NCBI GenBank assembly: GCA_040901795.1
Contig: JBBDYH010000130.1
Coordinates: 16,881 to 80,880 of the forward strand
From: Pirellulales bacterium
GTDB taxonomy: Bacteria > Planctomycetota > Planctomycetia > Pirellulales > JALHPA01
DNA length: 64,000 bases
Reading direction: 5' to 3'
Below the pieces are notes generated by a model that worked only from the letters and a program-made list of their open reading frames with translations, was not told the DNA's origin and made no database searches. The first letter of the stretch is position 1. Every line of letters begins with the position of its first letter. The translations under genes and the position numbers were made by a program. Below are positions 26,202-35,391 of the stretch, piece after piece.

Positions 26202-28928
26202 ATGACGACGACCGTTTCCCGCACACGCCCGGCCGCGAAGCTGTCGCTGCGCGACCGGCTCTCGCGGCTCACGTTTTTGGAGGCCTGCAAGCTCTTGGGA
26301 CCGCAGGGTAAGGAGCTGATCCAGCGAAACGCCAACCGCTGGGAGTTCAAGATCGCCGAGGACGTGTACTTCGGCGGCGATCTGTTTCGGCTGCGGTTTC
26401 CCGGCGAAGAGAGCGCGGGCAACGCCGTGACCGTTACGATCACGCTCATGGCCGAGGCGCGCCAGCGCCTGCACTGGCGTTGCAACCGCTGTGAGGTCGC
26501 CTGCGAGCACGTCGGAGCGGCATTCTCGCTGATTCTCGAAGACAAGCTCGCGCTGGGCCTGGCGGAAAAGCCAAAGCCGCGAACGCCGATCGAGAGTCTG
26601 CCGGAGGACGACCTGGTGGCAGGTGCTCTGGCCGAACGCGCCGAACGCGCCCAGACCGAGAAGATGATTGTGCAGTCGACCGATCCGAAACGCCCTTGGA
26701 CCGATTACACGGTCACCAACCGCGCCAGCGGCAAGACGTATCGTGTCGCGCTGCGCGGCGCCGAGGCGGGCGAGTCGTACTGCTCGTGCCCAGACTTCCG
26801 TACCAACACGCTGGGAACCTGCAAGCACGTGATCCGCGTGTTGAGGGTGGTGCGGCGTCGATTCGATGCGCAGGTCTTGCGAAGGCGCTACGTACCGCAA
26901 CAGATCGCTGTGTACTTGAAGTATGTCGGCGAGGTGAGGCTTTGGTTGCAGGCGCCCAGCGGGCTTGCCGACGAAGTGCGCTCGGTCATCGAGCCGGTTC
27001 ACGGCCGGCCGATCAGCGATCTCTCGGACTTGCTCAAGCGGCTGGCGCGGCTGGCGCAACTCGGTCAGGAGGCGATTGTCTATCCCGACGCCGAGGAATT
27101 CATTCAACAGCGGTTGTTTCAAGAGCGGATGCGCGAGAAGACGGCGGTCATTCGCCGCGACCCGTACAACCATCCGTTGCGGAAGACGCTGTTGAAGGTT
27201 CCGCTCCTTCCCTATCAGCTCGATGGCATCGCGTTCGCAGCGGGCGCCGGGCGCGCCGTGTTAGCCGACGACATGGGGTTGGGAAAGACAATTCAAGGCG
27301 TGGGCATCGCCGAGTACTTGTCGCGTGAGGCCGAAGTCCGCAAGGCGCTCGTGGTCTGCCCGGCATCGCTCAAGTCACAGTGGCGCGGCGAGATTCACCG
27401 GTTTTGCGAGCGCGACGTGCAGCTCATCGGCGGCCGCACGGCAGAGCGCCTGTCGCAGTATGATAACTCGTGTTTCTTTACGATATGCAATTACGAGCAA
27501 GTGCTGCGCGACATCCTGGCCATCGAGCGCGTCGGTTGGGACCTGATCATTCTCGATGAGGGTCAACGAATCAAGAATTGGGAATCGAAAACCGCCGCCA
27601 CGATCAAGGCCCTCCGATCGCGGTTTGCGCTAGTGCTTTCGGGCACTCCGCTGGAGAACCGGTTGGACGACCTGTTTAGCGTCGTGCAGTTCGTGGACGA
27701 CCGCCGGTTGGGCCCGGGCTTTCGCTTCTTCAACCAGCATCGCGTGATCGACGAAAAGGGGAAGGTGCTCGGCTACAAGAACCTGACGTCGCTGCGCGAA
27801 ACGCTGCGGCCGATTCTGCTGCGCCGCACGCGCGAGAGCGTGCGGCTGGAGCTGCCGCCGCGGACCATGGAGTTCATTCGCATCAGCCCGAGCCAGGAGC
27901 AGCTCGAAACACACCGCACGCACATGCAAATCGTGGCCACAATCACGCGCAAGAAGTTCATCAGCGAGATGGACCTGTTGCGGCTCCAGCGGTCGCTATT
28001 GATGTGCCGGATGGCGGCCGACAGCACGTACCTTGTCGATAAGGAGCCGCCCGGCCACTCAACCAAGCTCGATCGGTTGGACGAATTGTTCGAGCAGCTC
28101 TTCGAGGAAGAGGATCGCAAGCTCATCGTCTTCTCTGAGTGGACCACGATGCTCAACTTGATCGAGCCGCTCTTGAAAAAACGAAAGATCGAGTTTGTGC
28201 GGCTAGACGGCAGCGTGCCGCAGCGGCAGCGGCAAGAGCTGGTTCACCGATTTCAGACGTCGGCCGAATGCCGGGTGTTTTTGACGACCAACGCCGGCTC
28301 GACCGGACTCAATCTGCAGGCGGCCAACACGGTGATCAACGTGGACTTGCCGTGGAACCCCGCCGTACTGGAGCAGCGAATCGCCCGGGCGCATCGCATG
28401 GGTCAAAGCCAGCCGGTGCAGGTCTATGTGCTGGTAACCGAACAGACGCTCGAAGAGAATCTGCTCGCGACACTTGCGGCGAAAAAAGACCTAGCGCTGG
28501 CCGCGCTCGACCCCGAATCGGACACCGATCAGGTCGATGTGGCCAGCGGAATGCAGGAGTTGAAGAGTCGCCTGGAGGTACTGCTCGGCGCCGCGCCCGA
28601 AGCGCCGATCGACGGAACGGTCCGCCAGCATACGGAAGACGAGACGCGCTCGATCACCGAGCGCCACCGCGAGCGTGTTGCGGCGGCCGGCGGGGAACTG
28701 CTGGGCGCGGCATTCAAGCTCCTCGGCGAGCTCGTCTCTCCGGCGGCGACGGCGCCCTCCGAGCAGCTCGTCAGCACCGTCCGTGCCGGTTTGACTGCCT
28801 GCGTCGAAAACGGCGCCGATGGTGCGCCGCGACTGACGATCGCGCTGCCGGATCGCGGCGCCCTGGAGGGACTGGCGCAAAGCCTGGCCAAGCTGCTGGC
28901 GGTAGGCGCGGCAACGCCTGGGTCGTAA
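26202..28928 (+). CDS. SNF2-family helicase with N-terminal SWIM zinc finger
   Basis: SWIM motif YCSCPDFRTNTLGTCKHVIRVL. SNF2_N motifs: LLPYQLDGIAF, LADDMGLGKTIQ, ILDEGQRIKN, LSGTPLENRL. Helicase_C motifs: LIVFSEWTTML, GLNLQAANTVINVDLPWNPAVLEQRIARAHRMGQ. Confidence 0.9.
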   Translation: MTTTVSRTRPAAKLSLRDRLSRLTFLEACKLLGPQGKELIQRNANRWEFKIAEDVYFGGDLFRLRFPGEESAGNAVTVTITLMAEARQRLHWRCNRCEVACEHVGAAFSLILEDKLALGLAEKPKPRTPIESLPEDDLVAGALAERAERAQTEKMIVQSTDPKRPWTDYTVTNRASGKTYRVALRGAEAGESYCSCPDFRTNTLGTCKHVIRVLRVVRRRFDAQVLRRRYVPQQIAVYLKYVGEVRLWLQAPSGLADEVRSVIEPVHGRPISDLSDLLKRLARLAQLGQEAIVYPDAEEFIQQRLFQERMREKTAVIRRDPYNHPLRKTLLKVPLLPYQLDGIAFAAGAGRAVLADDMGLGKTIQGVGIAEYLSREAEVRKALVVCPASLKSQWRGEIHRFCERDVQLIGGRTAERLSQYDNSCFFTICNYEQVLRDILAIERVGWDLIILDEGQRIKNWESKTAATIKALRSRFALVLSGTPLENRLDDLFSVVQFVDDRRLGPGFRFFNQHRVIDEKGKVLGYKNLTSLRETLRPILLRRTRESVRLELPPRTMEFIRISPSQEQLETHRTHMQIVATITRKKFISEMDLLRLQRSLLMCRMAADSTYLVDKEPPGHSTKLDRLDELFEQLFEEEDRKLIVFSEWTTMLNLIEPLLKKRKIEFVRLDGSVPQRQRQELVHRFQTSAECRVFLTTNAGSTGLNLQAANTVINVDLPWNPAVLEQRIARAHRMGQSQPVQVYVLVTEQTLEENLLATLAAKKDLALAALDPESDTDQVDVASGMQELKSRLEVLLGAAPEAPIDGTVRQHTEDETRSITERHRERVAAAGGELLGAAFKLLGELVSPAATAPSEQLVSTVRAGLTACVENGADGAPRLTIALPDRGALEGLAQSLAKLLAVGAATPGS

Positions 28929-28977
28929 CCGGCTGGTGTCGTAACCGGCTGGTGTCGTAATTAGCCGCTCGTGGGCC

Positions 28978-29080
28978 GTCATCCTGAGCGAAGCGAAGGA
29001 TCTCTGTGGGTGCCAGATCCTTCGCTGCGCTCAGCATGACAGCGTGAGCCGGCCAGATGCTTCGCTGCGCTCAGCATGTC
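28978..29080. repeat. long palindromic element GTCATCCTGAGCGAAGCGAAGGATCT / AGATCCTTCGCTGCGCTCAGCATGAC plus a second right arm
   Basis: Left arm 28978-29003, right arm 29015-29040, and a duplicated right-arm-like copy at 29055-29080. It is downstream of the helicase stop. Confidence 0.9.
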
Positions 29081-29231
29081 CAGTGCTATCTCGTTCCTCT
29101 GCCTGTTGTTCCCCGCCTTCGCGCATGCTATTTTGGCCAATTGCTCTGCGCGGCTGCGGGCCGAGCGGAGCGTTGCCACCATGCCTGACTTAGCTGATCG
29201 CTGGTGAGGCGACCTCGCACGGAACAGTTGT

Positions 29232-31745
29232 ATGGCCGCAAAGCTCGCGGACGCGGTGTCGAACGGCACAGCCCCGCGCCCAAAGACTTGGTGGCTGGGT
29301 CTGAACTTCGCCCTCACCATCTTCGTCAGCGCGTTTTTGCTGTTTCAAGTGCAGCCGCTGATCAGCAAGTTCATCCTCCCCTGGTTCGGCGGCAGTCCGG
29401 CCGTTTGGACCACGTGCATGCTGTTCTTTCAGACGCTGCTCTTCGCGGGCTATGCCTATGCGCATTTCAGCGTCAGGTATCTGGCGCCAGCGCGTCAGGC
29501 CCTGGTCCACGTGATGCTGCTGGTGGCGGCGCTGGCCGTCACGCTGCCGTCGATCGCTCCTTCGGCGAGCTGGAAGCCGGAGGGAAGCGACTCTCCCACC
29601 TGGCAGATCATGGCGCTGTTGGTGATGAACGTCGGCCTGCCGTATCTGTTGCTCTCCTCGACGGGACCGCTGTTGCAAGCCTGGTTTGCCCGCTCGTTTC
29701 CCGCCCGCTCGCCCTACCGCCTCTACGCGCTTTCGAACGTCGGTTCCCTGTTGGCCCTGGTCAGTTATCCGTTTCTCGTCGAACCCGCGCTCGATAGTCA
29801 TCAGCAATCGCGCATCTGGTCCTGGAGTTTTGCGCTCTTCGTGGTGCTTTGCGGATATGCAGCCGTCCACATGTGGAACTTGGGGCGGGCGAAGGGCGCG
29901 ACGGCACACACTGGCGGAGCCAGTGGCACACGCCCAGTTCAGCTCGTCAGCGGCGTCGACGAGCCGACACCGGCCTGGTATCAGCCGCTGTTGTGGATCA
30001 CCTTGCCGGCATTCGCCTCGATGATGCTCTTGGCCACGACCAACCACGTTTGCCAGGACGTCGCGGTGATTCCCTTTTTGTGGGTGGTGCCGCTGAGCTT
30101 GTACCTGCTGTCGTTCATCATCTCGTTCGATCACGAGCGCTGGTACGTGCGTCCGTTCTTCGCGCTTGCCGGGCTGGTCTTCGTTTATCTGGCTGCAGCC
30201 GCGCCCGACTTTCCCATCGAGTTTGGCGAGGACGAGACGAAGTCCAAGGTCACACTGACGCACTTCGCGAAGTCGACCGTCGAGTGGTGGCACACGCGAA
30301 CGCAACCCAGTCGCGACGACGACGCGGACGATGGCGACGAAAATGGCACGGCCGCAAACGACGAGGGCAACACGATCCCCTCCCTATTCGAACCCGAGCT
30401 GGATTACGTCGGCGAGCTCGTGGTCCACTTCGCGGCGCTGTTTTGTATCTGCATGATCTGTCACGGCGAACTGGTGCGCATCCGGCCTGCCCCGCGGTAT
30501 CTCACTTCGTTTTACCTGATGATCTCGGCGGGCGGCGCCCTAGGTGGCTTGTTCGTGACGCTGATCGCCCCGCGAGTTTTCGAAACCTATTACGAGTGGA
30601 AGCTGGGCATCTTTGGCGGCGTGATCCTGACGGCGGCGACGTTCCTGCTTAGCACCGGCATCTTCCAGCACTTCGACGATGTGGCCGGCCCTCCAACCAA
30701 CAAGCGCGGCTGGTCACTGGCCCGCTGGTCGATCATGCTCCTGGCCTGCGCGGTGCCGGGGCTGGTGCTCTCGGGCATCGCCTGGAGCGACGTTGCCAAA
30801 ATGCTCAAGGCCGACGATGAAGAGAGCGGTCAGGGCAATTATCGCGACGTGGTCATTGCGCGGGTGCGGAACTTCTACGGCGCCGTGCGGATCGAGGAAC
30901 GGCTGCAAACCGAGTCCGACACGGACGAGATGAAGCCGTACAGCCGCACGCTCTACCACGGCCGGATCATCCACGGTCTGCAGTACCTCGACGAAGACGA
31001 GCGCCTGGCTACAACCTACTACGCCACCGAGAGCGGCGTCGGCCGCGCGATTGGCTTTTTCAAACCCAACCCCAACATGCGCGTGGGCGCGGTAGGCTTG
31101 GGCACTGGGACGCTGGCCGCGTATTGCACCGAGCCTGGCTATTACTTCCGCTTTTACGAAATCAACCCCAGAATCGAAGAGCTCTCGAACGAGTACTTCA
31201 CCTACCGCAAAAACGCCGCCGGCAAAGTGGACATTATTATGGGCGATGCGCGGCTGTCGCTGGAGCGCGAAGCCGACGAAGCTTCACAGCGGTTCGACGT
31301 GCTGGTGCTCGACGCCTTCAGCGGCGACGCCATCCCCACGCACCTGCTCACGCGCGAGGCGTTCGAGATTTATCTCAAACACGTCGACATCGACAGCGGC
31401 ATCATCGCCGTGCACATCTCGAATCGCTACCTCGACCTGGTGCCCGTCGTCCGCGGCTTGACCGAAGAATTCAACCTCGGGTCGCTGCGCATCCATAACA
31501 GCGAATCGTCCGGCGGCGTGTATAGCTCCGAGTGGATTTGCGTCACGAACAACCGCGAGTTTCTGGACCTGCACGCCGAAGACGACGAGTATGACAGCAA
31601 GTGGCTGCCCCAATACATGTTTTACGCCGGCGAGCGCCAGCCGCACGCCGCCTTCGAAACCATCCGGAGCTGGCCCCGCTCGATTCTCTGGACCGACGCC
31701 TACAGCAATTTGTTTGATATATTGATTCGGAAGGAAGAGGACTAG
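29232..31745 (+). CDS. fused polytopic membrane domain / spermidine synthase-like methyltransferase-fold protein
   Basis: N-terminal multi-TM region (ILPWFGGSPAVWTTCMLFFQTLLFAGYAYAH). C-terminal part: VGAVGLGTGTLAAY, FYEINPRIEEL, GDARLSLE, FDVLVLDAFSGDAIPTHLLTREAF. Confidence 0.8.
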   Translation: MAAKLADAVSNGTAPRPKTWWLGLNFALTIFVSAFLLFQVQPLISKFILPWFGGSPAVWTTCMLFFQTLLFAGYAYAHFSVRYLAPARQALVHVMLLVAALAVTLPSIAPSASWKPEGSDSPTWQIMALLVMNVGLPYLLLSSTGPLLQAWFARSFPARSPYRLYALSNVGSLLALVSYPFLVEPALDSHQQSRIWSWSFALFVVLCGYAAVHMWNLGRAKGATAHTGGASGTRPVQLVSGVDEPTPAWYQPLLWITLPAFASMMLLATTNHVCQDVAVIPFLWVVPLSLYLLSFIISFDHERWYVRPFFALAGLVFVYLAAAAPDFPIEFGEDETKSKVTLTHFAKSTVEWWHTRTQPSRDDDADDGDENGTAANDEGNTIPSLFEPELDYVGELVVHFAALFCICMICHGELVRIRPAPRYLTSFYLMISAGGALGGLFVTLIAPRVFETYYEWKLGIFGGVILTAATFLLSTGIFQHFDDVAGPPTNKRGWSLARWSIMLLACAVPGLVLSGIAWSDVAKMLKADDEESGQGNYRDVVIARVRNFYGAVRIEERLQTESDTDEMKPYSRTLYHGRIIHGLQYLDEDERLATTYYATESGVGRAIGFFKPNPNMRVGAVGLGTGTLAAYCTEPGYYFRFYEINPRIEELSNEYFTYRKNAAGKVDIIMGDARLSLEREADEASQRFDVLVLDAFSGDAIPTHLLTREAFEIYLKHVDIDSGIIAVHISNRYLDLVPVVRGLTEEFNLGSLRIHNSESSGGVYSSEWICVTNNREFLDLHAEDDEYDSKWLPQYMFYAGERQPHAAFETIRSWPRSILWTDAYSNLFDILIRKEED

Positions 31746-31751
31746 GCAAAT

Positions 31752-31847
31752 GCGGAATGTGCGAATGGGGAATGGGGAATGAGACCCGTTGGCACTGCTT
31801 CGACAAATCCATTCCCCATTCCCCATTCAAATCATTCCCCATTCCGC
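31752..31847. repeat. family E, copy 2
   Basis: GCGGAATG-TGC-GAATGGGGAATGGGGAATG / 28-nt loop / CATTCCCCATTCCCCATTC-AAAT-CATTCCCCATTCCGC. It fills the gap between stop 31745 and the ridA start 31857. Confidence 0.9.
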
Positions 31848-31856
31848 CTGAACCCT

Positions 31857-32318
31857 ATGTCGTACGACTCTCGCATTGCCGAACTCGGCCTCACGTTGCC
31901 GCCGTTCCCCAAGCCGCAAGGGGTCTATCGCCCAGCGGTTCAAGTGGGCACACTGGTATATCTCTCCGGTCATGGCCCACTGAAAGCGGACGGCAAACTC
32001 ATCACCGGCCGTTTGGGCGCGGATTTGGATACAGCGGCCGGTAAGGAGGCCGCGCGGGTCACGGGGCTGGCGCTATTGGCCACGCTCAAGCAGCACCTTG
32101 GCGCGCTGGACCGCGTTCGCCGCGTGATCAAGACACTGGGACTGGTGCAGTCCGCGCCAAACTTTACCGAACACCCCGCGGTGATCAACGGCTGCAGCGA
32201 GCTGTTCGCCGAAGTGTTTGGCCTCGAGAATGGCATCGGCGCCCGCAGCGCCTTTGGCGTCGCCGCGCTGCCCGGCAATATCGCGGTTGAAATCGAAATG
32301 ATCGTCGAAGTCGAATGA
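31857..32318 (+). CDS. RidA/YjgF family protein
   Basis: ORF 31779..32318; ATG 31857 (MSYDSRIAELGL). YRPAVQVGTLVYLSGHGP, GKEAARVTGLALLATL, ARSAFGVAALPGNIAVEIEMIVEV. Confidence 0.85.
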   Translation: MSYDSRIAELGLTLPPFPKPQGVYRPAVQVGTLVYLSGHGPLKADGKLITGRLGADLDTAAGKEAARVTGLALLATLKQHLGALDRVRRVIKTLGLVQSAPNFTEHPAVINGCSELFAEVFGLENGIGARSAFGVAALPGNIAVEIEMIVEVE

Positions 32319-32325
32319 CCTGAAA

Positions 32326-32418
32326 AATGGGGAATGGACGACTGGGGAATGGGGAATGCAAAGTCGCCTCTCGTTGATCAATTCATTCCCCATTCCCCAT
32401 TCCTATCATTCCCCATTC
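32326..32418. repeat. family E, copy 3
   Basis: AATGGGGAATGG-ACGAC-TGGGGAATGGGGAATG / 25-nt loop / CATTCCCCATTCCCCATTCC-TAT-CATTCCCCATTC. Starts 8 nt after the ridA stop. Confidence 0.9.
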
Positions 32419-32460
32419 TGACCACCGACCAGACACCAGGCCACCAACCACCAGCTTTCC

Positions 32461-33633
32461 ATGCCCTCCTTCACCGCCGCCTTTTCCACCGCCGAAGACA
32501 CCGCCGACGCTCTGGAGCAAGTCTGCGCCGAAATCCGCCTGCAGCTTGCTGGCGCGGCCGACTTGGCGCTGGTCTTTGTCTCGCCCCACCATGCCGACCA
32601 CTTGGAAAAGATCGCCGCGGCGGTCTGCGACGTCGCCCGCACCGAGAACGTGCTGGGCTGCACCGGCGAATCGATCGTCGCCGGCGAACAGGAGATCGAA
32701 GGCCAACCGGCCCTCGCCGTGTGGGTGGCTCAGATGCCCGGCGTCCGCGTACGTCCGTTCCATCTCTCCTTCGAGCGCAAGCCCGACGGCGGCGTTTTCA
32801 CCGGCTGGCCGCCCGAGCTCGCCGAGGGCGCGCCGCCCAGCAGCACGCTCTTGTTGCTCGGCGAGCCGTTCAGCTTTCCCGCCGACATCCTGATCGCCGA
32901 GCTCAACGAAAACGAACCTGTCGTGCCGGTGGTCGGCGGCATGGCCAGCGGTGGCTGGGGGCCGGGCCAGAACAAACTCCTGCTCGGCCGCGAAGTCCAC
33001 GACGAAGGGGCCGTGGCTGTCCTCGTCGACGGGCCCGTCCGCATCCGCACCATCGTCTCGCAAGGCTGCCGCCCGATCGGCCGACCGTACGTGGTCACGA
33101 AGTCCGACCGCAACGTGATCCTTGAGCTCAGCGGGCAAACGGCGATGCAGCGGCTGCACGAGGTCTACGAGACGCTCAACGACCGCGAGCGGGAGCTCGT
33201 CCGCAGCGGGTTGCACGTCGGCCGCGCCCTCTCCGAGTATCAGGACGAGTTCCGCCGCGGCGACTTTTTGGTCCGCAACGTCCAGAGCGCCGACCCCAAG
33301 AGCGGCGCGATCGCCATCGGCGACTACGTGAAGACGGGCGCGACCGTGCAGTTTCACATCCGCGACGCCGACACGGCCGACGACGACCTGCGGGCGCTGT
33401 TGGCCGACGCGATGGACTCAGGCGTCGAGCCGGCCGGCGCTCTCCTCTTCACCTGCAACGGCCGCGGCACGCGCCTGTTTACCGAAGACCACCACGACGC
33501 CCGCTGTGTGCAAGCCGCCTTCAATGGCGTCCCGCTCGCCGGCTTCTTTGCCCAAGGCGAGCTCGGCCCCGTGCACCAGAAAAACTTCCTCCACGGCTTC
33601 ACCGCCAGCCTCGCTCTCTTCGAGCCGAAGTGA
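32461..33633 (+). CDS. FIST domain signal-transduction protein
   Basis: 390 aa. N-terminal LALVFVSPHH..., VLGCTGESIVA; C-terminal GALLFTCNGRG..., PLAGFFAQGELGP. Confidence 0.8.
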   Translation: MPSFTAAFSTAEDTADALEQVCAEIRLQLAGAADLALVFVSPHHADHLEKIAAAVCDVARTENVLGCTGESIVAGEQEIEGQPALAVWVAQMPGVRVRPFHLSFERKPDGGVFTGWPPELAEGAPPSSTLLLLGEPFSFPADILIAELNENEPVVPVVGGMASGGWGPGQNKLLLGREVHDEGAVAVLVDGPVRIRTIVSQGCRPIGRPYVVTKSDRNVILELSGQTAMQRLHEVYETLNDRERELVRSGLHVGRALSEYQDEFRRGDFLVRNVQSADPKSGAIAIGDYVKTGATVQFHIRDADTADDDLRALLADAMDSGVEPAGALLFTCNGRGTRLFTEDHHDARCVQAAFNGVPLAGFFAQGELGPVHQKNFLHGFTASLALFEPK

Positions 33634-33827
33634 CGCCGCTTCTCGCCACCGCCCGGCTTGCCCAGGCGGAGCGCTGTTCCCAACCAGACCATCTCCTATC
33701 ACACATCACCCGCCCCTATCCCGCTCGTCCGGATGGAGCGCTGTTTTGCCAACCAGATCGCCCGCCTAATACAACGCCGCGGGCGGCGCCTTTCTCTTAA
33801 TCATTGCCTGAACGGAGGAGGTTCTGC

Positions 33828-34091
33828 TTAAGAACTTCGCCGCGTCCTACGCCCCTTGCCGGCTGGCCCAATTGGCTCGAGGCGGTTAATATGCGACAGG
33901 CTCAGGCGAACGGTCTTGTCCGCCGGCTCGTCGGGTGAACGCTCAGCCGGCAGTGAGACAAGCATCTTACTCCGTTCGACAATCGCCATGGCCGGATGGC
34001 GGACCTCATAGGAGCTTCCATTGCTCATGTGAACCGCGAAGGGCACAAACGGATCCTCGCGGAGTACTTCAAGAATGTCCTGAGGCTGCAT
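33828..34091 (-). CDS. hypothetical small protein
   Basis: 87-aa ORF with non-repetitive composition, convergent with the FIST gene. No family recognised. Confidence 0.45.
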   Translation of the reverse strand: MQPQDILEVLREDPFVPFAVHMSNGSSYEVRHPAMAIVERSKMLVSLPAERSPDEPADKTVRLSLSHINRLEPIGPAGKGRRTRRSS

Positions 34092-34589
34092 GCTCGATTC
34101 CGACGGGCTAATTGCGCACGTGCGCTGGTACGATTACCATTGCAGCGTGGTCAAGATAAACTACTTCGCTAATATACTAACACGAATCCGATCCAGCGGG
34201 TGTGTCCACCCTACACGCAGACCGGTCGAAAATGGGGGATTGGCCGTGCGGCGAGCCGGCACGCGCTAGCGGTTCCCAGACCGATTACTGCCGTATTGGT
34301 CCTGACTGCTGGGCACGGCGGCAGTCGAGCTGAATCTGTTCCGACATGTGGGCACGATTTTCCCGCCGTCGATGACGCTGATATGCTGAGAGGTATGGAC
34401 GACAACCCCTACATCGCGCCCCAAACGCCTCAGCCGCAAGGCATCCAGCGCGCTAGAATTCCGCGAGCCGGCTACGATCCACTCGAATTGCAGCGAAAGG
34501 TCAGCCGCCGCTTCTGAAGTATTGTCTTCCTCATCTATCTCTCCGCGGCGCTCGGCACAGTGATCCTATCGCTTCGGTAGCGTGAACCA

Positions 34590-35039
34590 ATGGACGACAA
34601 CCCCTACCGAACCGCCCAATCGCCGAGACGGTTCCAATACGGCATGCGTGCGATTTTTGCATCAGTCGCTATGCTTGCGCTGGTCTTTGCGGCCGTGGCC
34701 GCGCTTCGTCGATTCGCCATCAACGAGAAAGGACCACGCCGACCGTTTGTGGCTTCTCTGTGGAAGCAAACGGCCTCAACGCATCCGTGTCAGCGAACAA
34801 TTCGAAGCGAAATGGTCGACGACTTGTTGAATAAGTACGACTTCACCGGATGGTCGCGCACTCAAGTCGTCGGTCTGCTTGGGTCGCCTTCGCCACCGTG
34901 GTCAGGGTTTGAGCAGTGGGACATGTACTACGTTCTGGGTCTTGAAAGAGCCGGCGCGTACTCGCTTGACGACGAGGCTCTCGGATTCAAGTTAAACAAG
35001 GCCGGCCTTGTTATCGAGTTCGGCATTTCCGTTAATTGA
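34590..35039 (+). CDS. hypothetical membrane-anchored protein (MDDNPY N-terminus, one TM, BamE/SmpA-like C-terminal fold suspected)
   Basis: MDDNPYRTAQSP..., TM helix IFASVAMLALVFAAVAAL, C-terminal GWSRTQVVGLLGSP...WDMYYVLG...LGFKLNKAGLVIEF. Confidence 0.6.
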   Translation: MDDNPYRTAQSPRRFQYGMRAIFASVAMLALVFAAVAALRRFAINEKGPRRPFVASLWKQTASTHPCQRTIRSEMVDDLLNKYDFTGWSRTQVVGLLGSPSPPWSGFEQWDMYYVLGLERAGAYSLDDEALGFKLNKAGLVIEFGISVN

Positions 35040-35130
35040 GCTAGCCGCAAATGACACGCCGATAAACGCAGATTCGACGGCGGAACGGCACGTCAAGGAC
35101 GTATAATGTCTACCGGAAGGCAATTCTCGA

Positions 35131-35382
35131 ATGATCAACGGGGAAGTTATGAAAGTCACCGAAATCGTACGCGCGAACGGTTCTCAACTGGTGAAGCTTC
35201 CGGAGGAATTCCATCTGGAAGGAGACACCGTATCCATTCGACGGCAAGGCGAGGCGATTGTGCTGGAACCGGTTAAGGCGGCGGCCTGGCCGGCCGGCTT
35301 TTTCCAGAACATCCGCGTCGACGATCCTGCGTTCGCGCGTCCATCTCAAGGACTCCTTCCGCCGGCTCCGCGATTGGAGTGA
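35131..35382 (+). CDS. vapB: AbrB/SpoVT-type antitoxin VapB
   Basis: ANGSQLVKLPEEFHLEGDTVSIRRQGEAIVLEP...W..FF is the VapB/MvpA-type pattern. The alternative start ATG 35149 follows GGGGAAG. Confidence 0.8.
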   Translation: MINGEVMKVTEIVRANGSQLVKLPEEFHLEGDTVSIRRQGEAIVLEPVKAAAWPAGFFQNIRVDDPAFARPSQGLLPPAPRLE

Positions 35383-35391
35383 GATTGCTCC

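Noticed and set aside
25744-26205. A 153-aa ORF between the coiled-coil gene and the helicase as a real protein-coding gene.
   Set aside because: Its composition is unconvincing and no family was recognised. It spans a strong hairpin. I kept it only as a possible uORF or leader observation.
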